This document shows, piece after piece, positions 40,436 through 54,930 of a DNA stretch of 64,000 nt (position 1 is the first letter of the stretch; each line of letters starts with the position of its first letter). The translations under genes and the position numbers were made by a program. The notes under the pieces were generated by a model, which was not told the DNA's origin, made no database searches, and saw only the letters and a list, made by a program, of their open reading frames with translations. Source of the DNA: Eledone cirrhosa (taxonomy: Eukaryota); assembly GCA_964016885.1 (NCBI GenBank), contig OZ024745.1, positions 128,278,001 through 128,342,000 on the forward strand, read 5' to 3'.

Positions 40436-40890
40436 GGGCGGTGGATTGGCAGTTTCGGTAGAAAGCCGGCATAGAGTTGCGGCACTCTATAATCTGAGTT
40501 CAAATCCCACCGAGGTTAACTTTGCCTTTCATCCTCACGGGGGTCGATAAAATATAGTACCACTCGCGCACGGGGGTCGATTTAATCGACTTTCCCCTTC
40601 TTCTAACTCGCTGGCCTTGTGCCTATATAAGAAACCATTGTTATTATATATATATGAGGGCGGTGGATTGGCAGTAACGGTAGAGTGTCGGACACCATGC
40701 TTTGCAGCATAGAGTTACGGCCCTTTACAGTCTGAGTTCAAATCCCGCCGAGGTTAACTTTGTCTTTTATCCTTACGGGGTCGATAAAATAAAGTACCAG
40801 TAATGCACTAGGGTCCATTTATTCGACTTTCCTCTCTCCCCCAAAATTACTGGCCTTGTGCCTATACTAGAAATCATTATTATTATTATT
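40436..40890 (+). mobile_element. Two tandem SINE family 1 copies (40658-40890 is the best full-length example)
   Basis: GGCGGTGGATTGGCAG start, GAGTTCAAATCC B box and (ATT)n tail. Confidence 0.92.
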
Positions 40891-41554
40891 ATCTTGCTTT
40901 ATGTTCATAGGAGTTATCACCAAGTCACAACCAGTGACCTCAAGAGACAACAAGGTCCGCCATGTTCAAGAAAGAACATACATACACACACATGCATCTT
41001 TAGGTGTTTAGACTTGTGATGTACTTATATTGACAGAATCTTCCTTAGTATATGGGCAGTTCCCATTAGTACTATCTTTTGTATTTCTCCTATACGCGGG
41101 TTTCCTGGGATTATTATTATTATTATTATTATTATATTATTATTATTATTATATCCCTGTCAAAGAATCATAAAATTGGAAAAGATGAGAAACCAATACA
41201 TATTTTTTCGAATAAATATATTTGACCATGTTTACTCTTAATTGGGAGAAAGAAATGATAGTTTATTATTTTGTCAGTTTGCTCAGCGTTTTCTCCATAT
41301 ATAGTTGTCTTATTTCATTCCCGAATGACAGTCGCAATATTAGAATGTCACGAATATAATTTACGTTTCGCGTGACGTCATGAGAGCTGTCGGAAGTAAG
41401 ATCAACCTAATAATTTTCGTATCTATAAATTAATAATAATATATGACATTGAAAATAGAAAGAGGAATGAAACCTATGTCTGAGTAACAGGACTGTAACA
41501 AACTAAGAGCGGCAACACCGGCAGCAAAGTTAATATTAAGAAAATAAAAGAAAC

Positions 41555-41722
41555 AATAATTGTTTCTACGTTAGGCACAAGGCCAGCAATTACCCAGTAC
41601 ATTACTGGTACTTTATTTTATCAACCCCTGTTAGGATGAAAGGCAAAGTTAACCTCGGCGGGATTTGAACTCAGAATGGAAAGTGGCGTAACTCTATGCG
41701 TCAAAGCATGGCGTCCGACCCT
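41555..41722 (-). mobile_element. SINE family 1
   Basis: Reverse-complement match; a partial plus-strand copy follows at 41773-41868. Confidence 0.88.
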
Positions 41723-42318
41723 CTACTGATACTGCCAATCCGAAACAATAATGAAACAACAACAATAACATTGTGTCGGACTTCGCCTTTTGCCGCATAG
41801 AGTTATGTCCCTTTACGTTCTAAGTTTAAATGCCGCCGAGGTTGGCCTTGCCTTTCATCCTTACGGGCAGTCGCGGACTGGCCAGGTCGTCGTCGTCGTT
41901 GTAAGAAGAATAAGAACAAGAAGAACAAGAAGAAGAATGTTGTCTACTAGAAGAAGATAGAACGTAGAAGTTTCAGTTGTCTTCATTAAGATATCTTTCT
42001 AAGAGAAGGTCATCTGATATAAAACCTGCGACTTCACTTGCATGCAATGATGCAGACCACTTCTACTTTTGGGGTAAATGCATTCGATGTTCACAGATTG
42101 GGATTGGCTCAATGCAAAGCCTTTCCTCAGGCATCGCTTGATATGTGACATTTTTTGGCGATATATGGCATTGCTGGTCATAGGCAACTACATAGCAGGA
42201 CTAAAAGTAACGTCCCTGATACTGGTGCTTAAGTATCAAGCGATGGCATTGCTCTAAATAGAGTTGCAACAATCATCAGCATCATGTATTTATATATATA
42301 TAGGCACACACACGCGAT

Positions 42319-42378
<60 letters not shown>

Positions 42379-42406
42379 CGCGCGCGCACACACACATATA
42401 TATATA

Positions 42407-42587
42407 TAACAAACGGGGTGTGGTAAGATACCAGGTGGGCTATAACGCACCAGAGTATTCGATAATTGGGGTAGTAAAGTGGGAAATATGAACAGATTCA
42501 GGACCCCGACGGCTAAGCTCCGACCTTTCGGATCTTGCTGTCGAAATGGCCGGAGCTCAGCCGTCGGGGTCCTGAATCTTTTCATAT
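42407..42587. mobile_element. (TA)n-embedded fold-back element, family D
   Basis: Inverted repeat 42486-42587; tail is the reverse complement of 25165-25220. Confidence 0.75.
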
Positions 42588-42611
42588 ATATATATATATA
42601 TACATATATAT

Positions 42612-42786
<175 letters not shown>

Positions 42787-42813
42787 TATATACATATATA
42801 CATATATATATAT

Positions 42814-42965
42814 ATCAACTAGAAATAGATTGACATATATATAAAATAAACATATGAAACAATCAGAGGGAATCATTTTTAAAGTGTGTAATCACACATA
42901 GCTAGGTAGGTAACTAATTGAAGTTTAACTAGAACTTCAAATATAGATACCTTTTAAAATGATAA
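42814..42965 (+). mobile_element. (TA)n-adjacent repeat, family F
   Basis: TCAACTAGAAAT..ATTGACATAT...GTGTGTAATCACACATAGCTAGGTA is near-identical to 63645-63800. Confidence 0.7.
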
Positions 42966-44169
42966 CCCCTTTTGTACAGCCGACCATGTTATTCTTCACT
43001 CTTTCACTACTATTACTCCAAGAATAACCTGTATGAGAATTCTCGTAAACTCGCTACCTAACTAAGGAAACCTCTTGCAGAGTCAAACAATGCCGTACGT
43101 TAAAACTATCCACAGTACAGAGTACTCACAACTTCTAACCGGATTACCTAAAACGATAACTTGTTATCCCATATATATTGAGTGTGAAAGACCGAAGCTC
43201 ATTGCTGCTATTTTATGGATGTCACAAGATCTTTTTTCTTGGTGAAGGTAAGACATTATTGATATATTCTATAATACATATTTTTACTCATAATTTTACA
43301 GCCAGAAAAAGAAAGTATACACAGAAAAAGAAAGTATTTTTTTTTAATTTTATCAATTATATGATAGTATTGTAGTTGTGGGTGGGACCCTTTGTCACCT
43401 CCTAGCAACCAATATTTTGAGACACAATCAGCCAATGCTTTCGGGGCTCAATAAAATAAAGTACCAGTAAGACACTGGAAACTATTTAATCGTGCCCCCC
43501 CCCCCTCCCCGAAAATTGTTGGCATTGTGCCTAAATGAAAAACTAGTATTAATGATTTGTAATTTAGCACAATATCAACATTTTAGGGGACAGGAAGGTC
43601 AATTAAATAGATCCAGTATTTAACTGGTATATTATTTTATCAAGACAAAGTTGACCTCGGCAAGATTTGAATTCGGAAGAAGCTGGAATAAATACTGTAA
43701 TACGGTTTGCTCTGAATGAATACTGGTTGTCCAGTCCTTGCAAAGTCAATGCATGTATATCTACACACACACACACAATTATCAACAGCTATAGTTATTG
43801 GACAGAGTGTCAACTCTTAGACAGGATAACATATAAGTGGTTTAAATATCTACCAAACATAATTGCTTCAATCGTATGGTACATAAATATCTAAATATGA
43901 TTGTCAAGAACTGGAAATTAAAATTTTACATCTTAACATATTTTATACGGTTTTGTGGCACCGGTTGTTACATACACTATTGTATTCTTATGCAACGTTT
44001 GTCTTTGGGGGCAGAACATATATATATATATATATATATAGTAATAATAATAAAATATATATATATATAGGAAAATTTAAAACCCCGACGGCAGAGTTCA
44101 AGCCGTTTCGACGGTATTGAGTACTCTGGTGCGTTATGGTCCATCTGGTTCCTTACCACACTTCCTTCG

Positions 44170-44238
<69 letters not shown>

Positions 44239-44241
<3 letters not shown>

Positions 44242-44403
44242 TGAAATTCCGTTATAACGAAATTCATGGGGTATTAAAAAATGTAACGAAAAATTCTTTA
44301 TAACGAGATCGATGAAACAAATGGAGCGTTTGTTTGTTATTGCCTTGGTGATTGAAAAAGATTTCATTATACTGAAAAATTCGTTATAACGAAATTTTAC
44401 CTA
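44239..44403 (+). mobile_element. Tigger/pogo-like MITE
   Basis: TA|CAGTGAAATTCCGTTATAACGAA...TTCGTTATAACGAAATTTTACCTA; homologous to 7725-7899. Confidence 0.8.
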
Positions 44404-44753
44404 TATACATATTTATCTGTTTCACACTCTCAGGAGTGCATAAATACAATGGAACATATTTTTACTCTAATGCACACACTGTCGTCATTCTCTGACTCCT
44501 AATTCTTTATTCGGTAATATGCATTGATCCTTCTCTCGCTCTCTCTCTCTATCTCTCCATCTCTCTCTCTTTCTTTCTCTCTTTCTTTCTTTCTCTCTCT
44601 CTATCTATCTATCTATCCACATCTCTCTCTACCACTATCTCTCTCTATCTATCTATCTCTCTATTTATCTATCTCTCTCTATCTATCTATCTCCCTATCT
44701 ATCCCTATCTATCAATCTCTCTCTCACTCTCTCTCTCTATCTTTCTCTCCCGC

Positions 44754-44791
<38 letters not shown>

Positions 44792-45249
44792 CCTCTCTTC
44801 ATCTCTTTCACGTTTCCTCAGTCGCACCCCTTTCAAATGCTGTCTACAGCAGAACTTCTTTCTCACAAACGTCGAAACAGAAACATTTACCCACTTCTAA
44901 CACACATTCTCCTCCCCACTTCTAACACACATTCTCCTCCCCCTCCTCCGCCTCATCTCTCCCACTTCTCACACACATCCTCCTCCGCCGCACCTCCCTC
45001 ATCTTATTGACCTCCTGTGTCACATTATGTATCAAAGGTTGCTTCCTTTCAATAAATAGCACACATGCTTCATGTTCTTCTATTGTAACGAGACACCTGA
45101 TCTCCGAGTCGGACTATAATGTTGTCGGGACACGCTTGGTTGACACCGAATATCATCGGGACCGGGGCCCCACTCGAGCATAGCGAAGATAATTGTTTCG
45201 GTCACCGATTTCATTTGATGTTGTCGTAATTGTTCTTCATGCTCTCATT

Positions 45250-45502
45250 GTCATCAATACCATCATCACCATCGTCATCACCATCGTCATCATCATCATC
45301 GTCGTCACCATCATCATCGTCGTCATCGTCGTTGTTGTTGTTGTCGTCGTTGTTGTTGTTGGCGTCGATGTCATCTTAATCATCATCAGCAGCAGCAGCA
45401 TCTTCATCAATGATGATGGCGACGACGACGGCGGCGGCGGCGATGATGATGATGATGATGATGGTGGTGATGGTAATGATAATGAGGATGATGATGGTGG
45501 TG

Positions 45503-45534
<32 letters not shown>

Positions 45535-45715
45535 GATGATGGTGATGATGGTGATGACGATGGTGATGATGATGGTGATGGCGATGGTGATGATGGTGAT
45601 GACGATGACGATGACGATGATGATGGTGATGATGATGGTGATGATGGTGATGGTGACGACGACAACGATGTTGTTGATGATGGTGAAGATGGTGGTGGTG
45701 GTGTGACGATGACGT
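45250..45715. repeat. Compound trinucleotide repeat, (CAT/CGT)n then (GAT/GGT)n
   Basis: Direct reading. Confidence 0.93.
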
Positions 45716-46098
45716 TATTGATACGCTACCCCTGTCATTGTCTTAACATTTATTTTGTTTAAACTTGACAGGACCACCTGAACGTTTCATTGTCTTACAT
45801 TGAGTATTTCCAGTCCTCCACACCGTAAGTTCAAATCCCAGCAGAACCAATTCTAATGACTATCCCTCTAATGTCAACCGAATATCTCTTCGACTCCTCC
45901 CTCTTTATTCCCACAGTAAAAAGACGCCATACCCTAAACTAGATTTCGAAATGATTGTTAATATTCATATTTTATTGCTAGTTTTCATCGTTTCTCCTCC
46001 AACTTAAGATGGTAAGACACCCTGTATTGATTTAACACCCTGTATTGATTTAACAGAAAATATCTAAAACTGGGGGGGGGGGGGTCTTGTGCTTTGAC

Positions 46099-46428
46099 CA
46101 GTGGTTCCCAGCCTTTTGTGCCTCATACCCCACCTCAACATCTCAAACATTTGTATGTCCCACTTTGATATAAAAGCAGCGATGATCAAATACAAAGTGT
46201 AAAAATTAGGCGTATGGGTGATGCCAGATACACAACATGTATGGCGGCGGGGGGGAGACAGGAGTTTCTGGCAGTAATTTGTCCCAAAGATGCCTTGGTG
46301 TAAAAGTTAAATTTGAAATTTTCTCTCATTAACATCATTTTCAAATCCCCCCCCCCCCCCCACACACACACATTTGAATATTTAAATTGCTCCTCTGTGG
46401 GGCGTGTGCCCCACGTTGGGAATCACTA
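46099..46428 (+). mobile_element. hAT-Charlie-like MITE
   Basis: TIRs CAGTGGTTCCCA and TGGGAATCACTA. Confidence 0.65.
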
Positions 46429-46958
46429 GATTATATAGTGATACAAGAGACAAGTGCTTCTTGTAGTGATAGAATAGACAGAGGGAGAAGATTACTCTAA
46501 TGTCGAGTAGGTAAAAGAAGGTGTATTTCATAGCTGAGTCTATTTTAGTCATTAATCAACATGTCTCGTTCGCGAACCTCACACAGGCTCAGTTCCCAAT
46601 AAATGTTATTTCTCTCGACCTAACAGCATCGGTTATGTTCTTGTGCATAGTTACATTCAACAACGTTGTGTTACTACCATTGTGGATTGGCAGTATCGGT
46701 AGAGAGTCGGACGCCATGCTTTGCAGCATAGAGTCACGGCCCTTTACGCTTTAAGTTCAATATATATATACAAGGTGCGTTTTCTTTTATTATCTTTTTC
46801 ACTGTATATATATATATATAGAGAGAGAGAGAGATACACGGCGGGGGAAAAGAAAACTATATATATGAGAAACGATAAAGTTTCGTTTATATACAGTCTG
46901 CTGTGTTTCGAATGCTCATATTGGTACCACCACCAGTAATTCACTGAATCACATACAC

Positions 46959-47530
<572 letters not shown>

Positions 47531-47545
47531 CATATATATATATAC

Positions 47546-47581
<36 letters not shown>

Positions 47582-47715
47582 CTGTGTGTGTCTCTGCAGG
47601 ACATACGTAGATGAAATATCAAAGAAGACTATGATCAATCTATTGCAAGAGATCTTTTTTAGTTTAAATAAAGTTTCATACACTTAACATGTTCAGTATG
47701 GAACTTTATTCATAC

Positions 47716-47793
<78 letters not shown>

Positions 47794-47902
47794 TGTGCGT
47801 GTGTGTGCGTGTGTGTATGTGGGTGGATGGGTGGGTATGTGTGAGTGGTAGGGTATATATACATATATGCCTATACACTCAGAGATATGTATACATACAT
47901 GT

Positions 47903-47953
<51 letters not shown>

Positions 47954-48719
47954 AGTGACCAAGGAACAAAGCCACAATAGAAGAGGCAGAAACAAAAACG
48001 ATTACAATAGAAAAGAGAGAGAGATAAAGAAGAAGAAAAGGATTGGAGACAAGAGAGTGGGTGGGGGAGAAGACAAGGGAGTGTGGTGGGGGAGAAGACA
48101 AGGGAGTGGGTGGGGGAGAAGACAAGGTAGTGGGGTGGGGGAGAAGACAAAGATAACAGAAGTGACACACAGTAAGAAGCAGAAGAAGAAGAAGAAGAAG
48201 AAGAAGAAGAAGAAGAAGAATCAAATCGAAGTACTTTGAAAGATCTATCGAATTCTTTGTAAATATATGAGAGGTCGGGAAAACAGAGAGAGACGAGAGG
48301 GATAGAGAGGAGAGAGAGGGTGGATAGAGGGGGATAGAGTGTAGTAGAGAAGGGGAGAGGGGGAAGAGAGAGAGAAATAGATAGATAAGTAGAGAGAGAG
48401 GGGGTGAAAGATATATATATATATAGAGAGAGAGAGAGTAAGGGGGTAAAAGGAAGAGCAAGAACAATGAAGAAATACGTGTACATGTAGAATCAGGAAG
48501 AGAGGAGATGGTGGTAGGGGGTGATGCGGGTGGAGGTGGGGTGTTGGTGGGGGTGTTGGTGGTGGTGGTGGTGGTAGTCTTGGTGGTGGAGGTGGTGGAG
48601 GTGGTGGTGGTGGTGGAGAGAGGAAAGGTAGAATTTAGGAATGAAGAGACATTGGCAGGGTGTATAACATAGAAAGGATTATTAATAAAGCTTGTGTTCA
48701 CAATGTCTAACACTGTTTT

Positions 48720-51255
48720 GATGGTGGTGGCGGAGGTGGTGTTGTGGTGGTGGGGGTGGTGTTGTGGTGGTGGAGGTTGTGGTGGTGGTGCTGGTTGTGT
48801 TGTGGTGGTGGAGGTTGTGTTGTGGTGGTGGAGGTTATGTTGTGGTGGTGGAGGTTGTGTTGTGGTGGTGGAGGTGGTGTTGTGGTGGTGGAGGTTGTGG
48901 TGGTGGTGATGGTTGTGTTGTGGTGGTGGAGGTTGTGTTGTGGTGGTGGAGGTTGTGTTGTGGTGGTGGAGGTTATGTTGTGGTTGTGGAGGTTATGTTG
49001 TGGTGGTCGAGGTGGTGTTGTGGTGTTGTGGTGGTGGAGGTTGTGGTGGTGGTGATGGTTGTGTTGTGGTGGTGGAGGTTGTGGTGGTGGTGGTGATGGT
49101 TGTGTTGTGGTGGTGGAGGTTGTGTTGTGGTGGTGGAGGTTGTGTTGTTGTGGTGGTGGTTGTGTTGTGGTGGTGGAGGTTGTGTTGTGGTGGTGGAGGT
49201 GGTGTTGTGGTGGTGGAGGTTGTGGTGGTGGTGATGGTTGTGTTGTGGTGGTGAAGGTTGTGTCGTGGTGGTGGAGGTTGTGTTGTTGTGGTGGTGGTTG
49301 TGTTGTGGTGGTGGAGGTTGTGTTGTGGTGGTGATGGTTGTGTTGTGGTGGTGGAGGTTATGTTGTGGTGGTGGAGGTTGTGTTGTGGTGGTGGAGGTTG
49401 TGTTGTTGTGGTGGTGGTTGTGTTGTGGTGGTGGAGGTTGTGTTGTGGTGGTGGAGGTGGTGTTGTGGTGGTGATGGTTGTGTTGTGGTGGTGAATGTTG
49501 TGTTGTGGTGGTGGAGGTGGTGTTGTGGTGGTGGAGGTTGTGGTGGTGGTGGAGGTTGTGTTGTGGTGGTGGAGGTGGTGTTGTGGTGGTGGAGGTTATG
49601 TTGTGGTGGTGGTGTTGTGGTGGTGGAGGTTGTGGTGGTGGTGGAGGTTGTGTTGTGGTGGTGGAGGTTGTGTTGTGGTGGTGGAGGTTATGTTGTGGTG
49701 GTGGAGGTGGTATTGTGGTGGTGGAGGTGGTGTTGTGGTGGTGGAGGTTGTGGTGGTGGTGGAGGTTGTGTTGTGGTGGTGGAGGTTGTGTTGTGGTGGT
49801 GGAGGTTATGTTGTGGTGGTGGAGGTGGTGTTGTGGTGGTGGAGATAATGGTGGTGGTGGAGGTTGTGTTGTGGTGGTGGAGGTTATGTTGTGGTGGTGG
49901 AGGTGGTGTTGTGGTGGTGGAGGTTGTGTTGTGGTGGTGGAGGTTGTGTTGTGGTGGTGGAGGTTGTGTTGTGGTGGTGGAGCTGGTGTTGTGGTGGTGG
50001 AGGTTGTGTTGTGGTGGTGGAGCTGGTGTTGTGGTGGTGGAGGTTGTGTTGTGGTGGTGGAGGTTGTGGTGGTGGTGATGGTTGTGTTGTGGTGGTGGAG
50101 GTTGTGTTGTGGTGGTGGAGGTTATGTTGTGGTGGTGGAGGTTATGTTGTGGTGGTGGAGGTGGTGTTGTGGTGGTGGAGGTTGTGGTGGTGGTGATGGT
50201 TGTGTTGTGGTGGTGGAGGTTGTGTTGTGGTGGTGGAGGTTGTGTTGTGGTGGTGGAGGTTGTGGTGGTGTTGATGGTTGTGTTGTGGTGGTGGAGGTTG
50301 TGTTGTGGTGGTGGAGGTTATGTTGTGGTTGTGGAGGTTATGTTGTGGTGGTCGAGGTGGTGTTGTGGTGTTGTGGTGGTGGAGGTTGTGGTGGTGGTGA
50401 TGGTTGTGTTGTGGTGGTGGAGGTTGTGGTGGTGGTGATGGTTGTGTTGTGGTGGTGGAGGTTGTGTTGTGGTGGTGGAGGTTGTGTTGTTGTGGTGGTG
50501 GTTGTGTTGTGGTGGTGGAGGTTGTGTTGTGGTGGTGGAGGTGGTGTTGTAGTGGTGGAGGTTGTGTTGTGGTGGTGGAGGTTGTGTTGTGGTGGTGGAG
50601 GTTGTGTTGTGGTGGTGGAGGTTATTTTGTGGTGGTGGAGGTGGTGTTGTGGTGGTGATGGTTGTGTTGTGGTGGTGGAGGTTGTGTTGTGGAGGTGTAG
50701 GTTGTGTTATGGTGGTGGAGGTTGTGTTGTGGTGGTGGAGGTCGTGTTGTGGTTGTGGAGGTTATGTTGTGGTGGTGGAGGTTATGTTGTGGTGATGGAG
50801 GTTATGTTGTGGTGGTGGAGGTTATGTTGTGGTGGTGGACGTTATGTTGTGGTGGTGATGGTTGTGTTGTGGTGCTGGAGGTTGTGTTGTGGTGGTGGAG
50901 GTTATGTTGTGGTGATGGAGGTTATGTTGTGGTGGTGGAGGTTATGTTGTGGTGGTGGAGGTTATGTTGTGGTGGTGGAGGTTGTGTTGTGGTGGATGAG
51001 GTTGTGTTGTGGTGGATGAGGTTGTGTTGTGGTGGTGTAGGTTGTGTTGTGGTGGTGGAGGTTGTGTTGTGGTGGTGGCGGTTATGTTGTGGTGGTGGAG
51101 GTTGTGTTGTGGTGGTGGAGGTTGTGTTGTGGTGGTGGAGGTTGTGTTGTGGTGGTGGAGGTTGTGTTGTAGTGGTGGAGGTTGTGTTGTGGTGGTGGAG
51201 GTTGTGTTGTGGTGGAGCTTGTGTTGTGGTGGTGGAGGTTGTGTTGTGGTGGTGA
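48720..51255. repeat. ~2.5-kb G/T-rich minisatellite, 20-bp unit GGTTGTGTTGTGGTGGTGGA
   Basis: Direct reading; produces all of the C/G/V/W ORFs. Confidence 0.97.
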
Positions 51256-51938
51256 AGGGGTTGACAAGTAATTGTATATAGCAAGACTGTTTAACACTAT
51301 TATGATTATGGCGGTGGAGGATGTGTCTGTGGTGGTGGAGTGGTTGACAAGTCATTGTATATGCCAAGACAGGACATGGCCTTCTTAATCCCATCAAATA
51401 GCCAGGGATTTTTGAAGACCAAATATTGTAACAACGGGAATTGCACAAGAGCTAAAACTAATAATAAAAACAAAGAAAAAAGGACAATTATTAAATGACA
51501 TGAACAAAAATCAATAAGTTGAACTAAGTGAGAATTATGTGTCCAGTATGACACATGATGAGGTGACCTGCTTTATAATGGAAGAGTAAAGCATGGGTGT
51601 ATGTCACTGTATGTCTGTGTGTGTGTTGTTTTCTTATACCCATACATGTTATATATATATATATATAAGTGTGTGTGTATGTGTATGAATGTGTGTATGT
51701 GTGTGTGCATGTGTGTATATGTGTATGTTCTGTTCTTGTACAAATATGTTATATATCTATGCATGTGTGCGTGTGTGTGTGTGTATATGTGCGTGTATGT
51801 TCTGTACTTGTACACTTATTTGCTATATATATATATAACATTGGGGTCTTACTGGTTCCTATTACCCACTCTACTACCCTAAGTATTGAGTACTTTGGTG
51901 CGTTATGGTCCACCTGGTTCCTTACCACATTTCCTTCG

Positions 51939-51990
<52 letters not shown>

Positions 51991-52276
51991 ATTGAAGTTT
52001 GCTTGAAGCATTGTGGAATAATAAAAAAAAATTGGGGTGGGTCCTTTTGGAAGCCTCAACAATGCAGATGGGTAAATCTCCGGGTAACAGAATCCGGTGA
52101 AGAGAGAGATGTAAGGGAGTGTAGAATGAGATGTGTAGTATGTAGAGGAACGTAGGAAAGAGTGTAAAAAATAAAAATAACACGAGATAGAGTTACTTTG
52201 GGAGAAATTTAATTGTCCCTATATTTCGGATTCGCATCCATCAATTGGGGGGGTTTTACGTGGGGCGGTGTTATTT

Positions 52277-52347
52277 GTCGGAGAGGAATGGTACGTGGCC
52301 TCTGTTGTAGAGATGACAACAGCGGCCACGTACCGTTCCTCTCCGAC
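52277..52347. other. 71-nt near-perfect hairpin
   Basis: 32-bp stem (one G-U, one mismatch) with loop AGAGATG. Confidence 0.85.
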
Positions 52348-52444
52348 TGATAAATTTGTCAGCATTTTCTTTTCCTTTTTACTAATATATATATATATAT
52401 ATATTCATTTCACATTATATACATGTCTGTGAATATTTTAATTA

Positions 52445-52526
52445 TTTAAAAATTATTTTTAAGTGAACATAATTTTTTTTTTATATTTTGAAATGAACAT
52501 GACTCAACGGGTCACGGGTGGTCTAG
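52445..52526 (+). mobile_element. Helitron-like 3' end (degenerate hairpin, CTAG|T)
   Basis: Homologous to 53398-53476. Confidence 0.55.
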
Positions 52527-52569
52527 TATATTACTAAAAATCTGTGGTTGCTTGCTTGCTTATAATACA

Positions 52570-52752
52570 ATAATTGTTTCTGCTTTTGGCACAAGGCCAG
52601 CAATTACCTAGTAAATTACTGGTACTTTATTTTATCGACCCCGTAAAGATGAAAGGCAAAGTTAACCCCGGCGGGATTTGAACTCAGACCGTAAAAGGAC
52701 GTAACTATGATGGAAAGCATGGCGTCCGACTCTCTACTGATACTGCCAATCC
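52570..52752 (-). mobile_element. SINE family 1
   Basis: Reverse-complement match to family consensus. Confidence 0.9.
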
Positions 52753-53236
52753 AAATACAATAATATAATACAACCAGAAGGGCGCATAATAGAAAAAATA
52801 CTTTGAAAGGAAGGTGCCCCTGAAATAGGAATACAAATGGAATAAAACAAGTTTCGCGTAAATCTAAGTACGGGTTCCCGAGAGAAAGAGATAGTGGTTG
52901 TGAGAGAGTAGATTGAAAGAGAGCCATAGAGAGAGGGAGAGGAGACAGAGAAGGAGATTGGAAGGGAAAGAGAGAGCTGGTGGTGAATGTGCGTGTATAT
53001 ATATGTGTGTGTGTGTCTATGACCAGTGTATATAGATCACAGACAACCATATATATATATATATACACACATACATATATATATGTGTGTGTGTACACAC
53101 ACATTTATATATATATACACATTTATATATATATACATACACACACGTATATATATATATATATATATATTAAAGAGTTAAACACTTCCTTGATTAAATC
53201 TTAACCATTTAACATCTCAGGGTATGTCATGTATCA

Positions 53237-53297
53237 TTATATTTTGTCTGATGAGGACGTACTGTTGTACATCCGAAATATGTATAATAAAATGTAA
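53237..53297 (+). ncRNA. Minimal type I hammerhead ribozyme motif, family A
   Basis: TTATATTTTGT-CTGATGA-GGACGTAC(TGTT)GTACATCC-GAA-ATATGTAT-A-ATAAAATGTAA; 11-bp stem I. Confidence 0.85.
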
Positions 53298-53333
53298 TTG
53301 ATCAAAAGAGCATCTATTTTATTAATATTTGTA

Positions 53334-53384
<51 letters not shown>

Positions 53385-53397
53385 GGGGGGCTTCCAG

Positions 53398-53476
53398 TTT
53401 TAAAAATGATTTTTAAGTGAACATAATTTTTAAAAAATATAAGTGAACGTGACCTAACGGGTCACGAGTGGTCTAG
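53398..53476 (+). mobile_element. Helitron-like 3' end
   Basis: Hairpin CGTGACC-TAACG-GGTCACG, then 6 nt, then CTAG followed by T. Confidence 0.62.
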
Positions 53477-54162
53477 TTTAAAATATGAATAAAAATTAAG
53501 TTTAATATTGTCGGAGTCCTGTAAACTTGTGTTATCGTTTTCGCTTTTATTTCCTTGTAGATGGCATGACAAAACAGAAGTCTCTACTGACTGAAACAAA
53601 ACGAATAAAGAGAAAATGGTTCTACCAAGAATCGAAACCACATCGAAAACATTGCTTTCCGGGAACTCACCAAGATTCAAAAATTCAGCTACGCACGAGA
53701 TTTCTGAACGGTATAATCTAATATTAAAAGATGAATAGGATGCTAATTAACTAAACATTTTTTTTTTCTTACCATTATCGCTTGATCATATACCACACCA
53801 CACTGTATCACATCTTACCACACCAAACCACACTACTCTAAACCCAGCCACCACACTACTCTAAACCCAGCCACCACACACACAACACCGCAAGATATCA
53901 TAACATTAAAGTTATAAAGCAAACAAATAAACCATGTATCAGGTCTCATGATAAACAGTTGTCTGTCAGAGGGAAATATGTACGCTGCAAGCATATTTTT
54001 ATGAGAAATTAACACATTAAACAATTTTGGCTTTTGAATAAAGACTTGTTTTGATGTGCCTTCCGTGATTTCGGTTTCTTTTAAGACTGCATAGCATATG
54101 AAATGAATGTTGAATATTGTCTATATATATATATATACATATATACACATATATATATACAC

Positions 54163-54213
<51 letters not shown>

Positions 54214-54333
54214 TATATATATTTGTGTGTGTGTATAGATATATATATACACACACACATATAAACATACATCTGTAAATATATATATATATATATACAC
54301 ACACACATGTAAACATACATATATATAATATTG

Positions 54334-54411
<78 letters not shown>

Positions 54412-54610
54412 GTCGTATATATATATATATATATATATACAGACATTTGTTGCAGATATGTTTATAATACATAATGTGTTTTGGTGTGGGTGTTGTCTGC
54501 CAGAACTGATAGAATAGATAGAGATATGAACAGCTACTTGCTTATATCTATGCATGTGTGTTATGTGTGTGTGTGTGTGTTTGAGTGGTCTGTGTGTGTA
54601 AGTGAACACA

Positions 54611-54770
54611 GCATGCCAGAATGTTTAAGAAGCTCGTTTCGCAATCCTAACTTTCCGAGTTCGATCTTGGAACATGGAATCTTGATTAAATGTCAATTAT
54701 TATAGCCTCGCCTCGACCTAAAATTTATGGGTGAAGTTGGGTTAACGGAAACTGAATGGAAAACCGTCGG
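54611..54770 (+). mobile_element. Old tRNA-derived SINE, family 3
   Basis: AAGAAGCTCGTTTCGCAA..GAGTTCGATC..TATAGCCTCG..ACGGAAACTGAA..CCGTCG; resembles a common octopus SINE as I recall it. Confidence 0.55.
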
Positions 54771-54875
54771 ATAGACTGAAAATTACGTCATGGGTAAACG
54801 AGTCTATAGAATGCTAGGGCACTTGCCATTTAATTTCAAGAGCAGGCAGTTTCGTTGAGTTAACTACTATATATG

Positions 54876-54926
<51 letters not shown>

Positions 54927-54930
<4 letters not shown>

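Noticed and set aside
45193-45762. Acidic Asp-rich protein with hydrophobic N terminus (biomineral-like)
   Set aside because: No ATG start or splice support; fully explained by trinucleotide repeats.
49478-51019. 513-aa Cys/Gly/Val/Trp-rich ORF (keratin-like appearance)
   Set aside because: Product of a 20-bp minisatellite; the unit is not a multiple of 3 and all frames give the same peptide.
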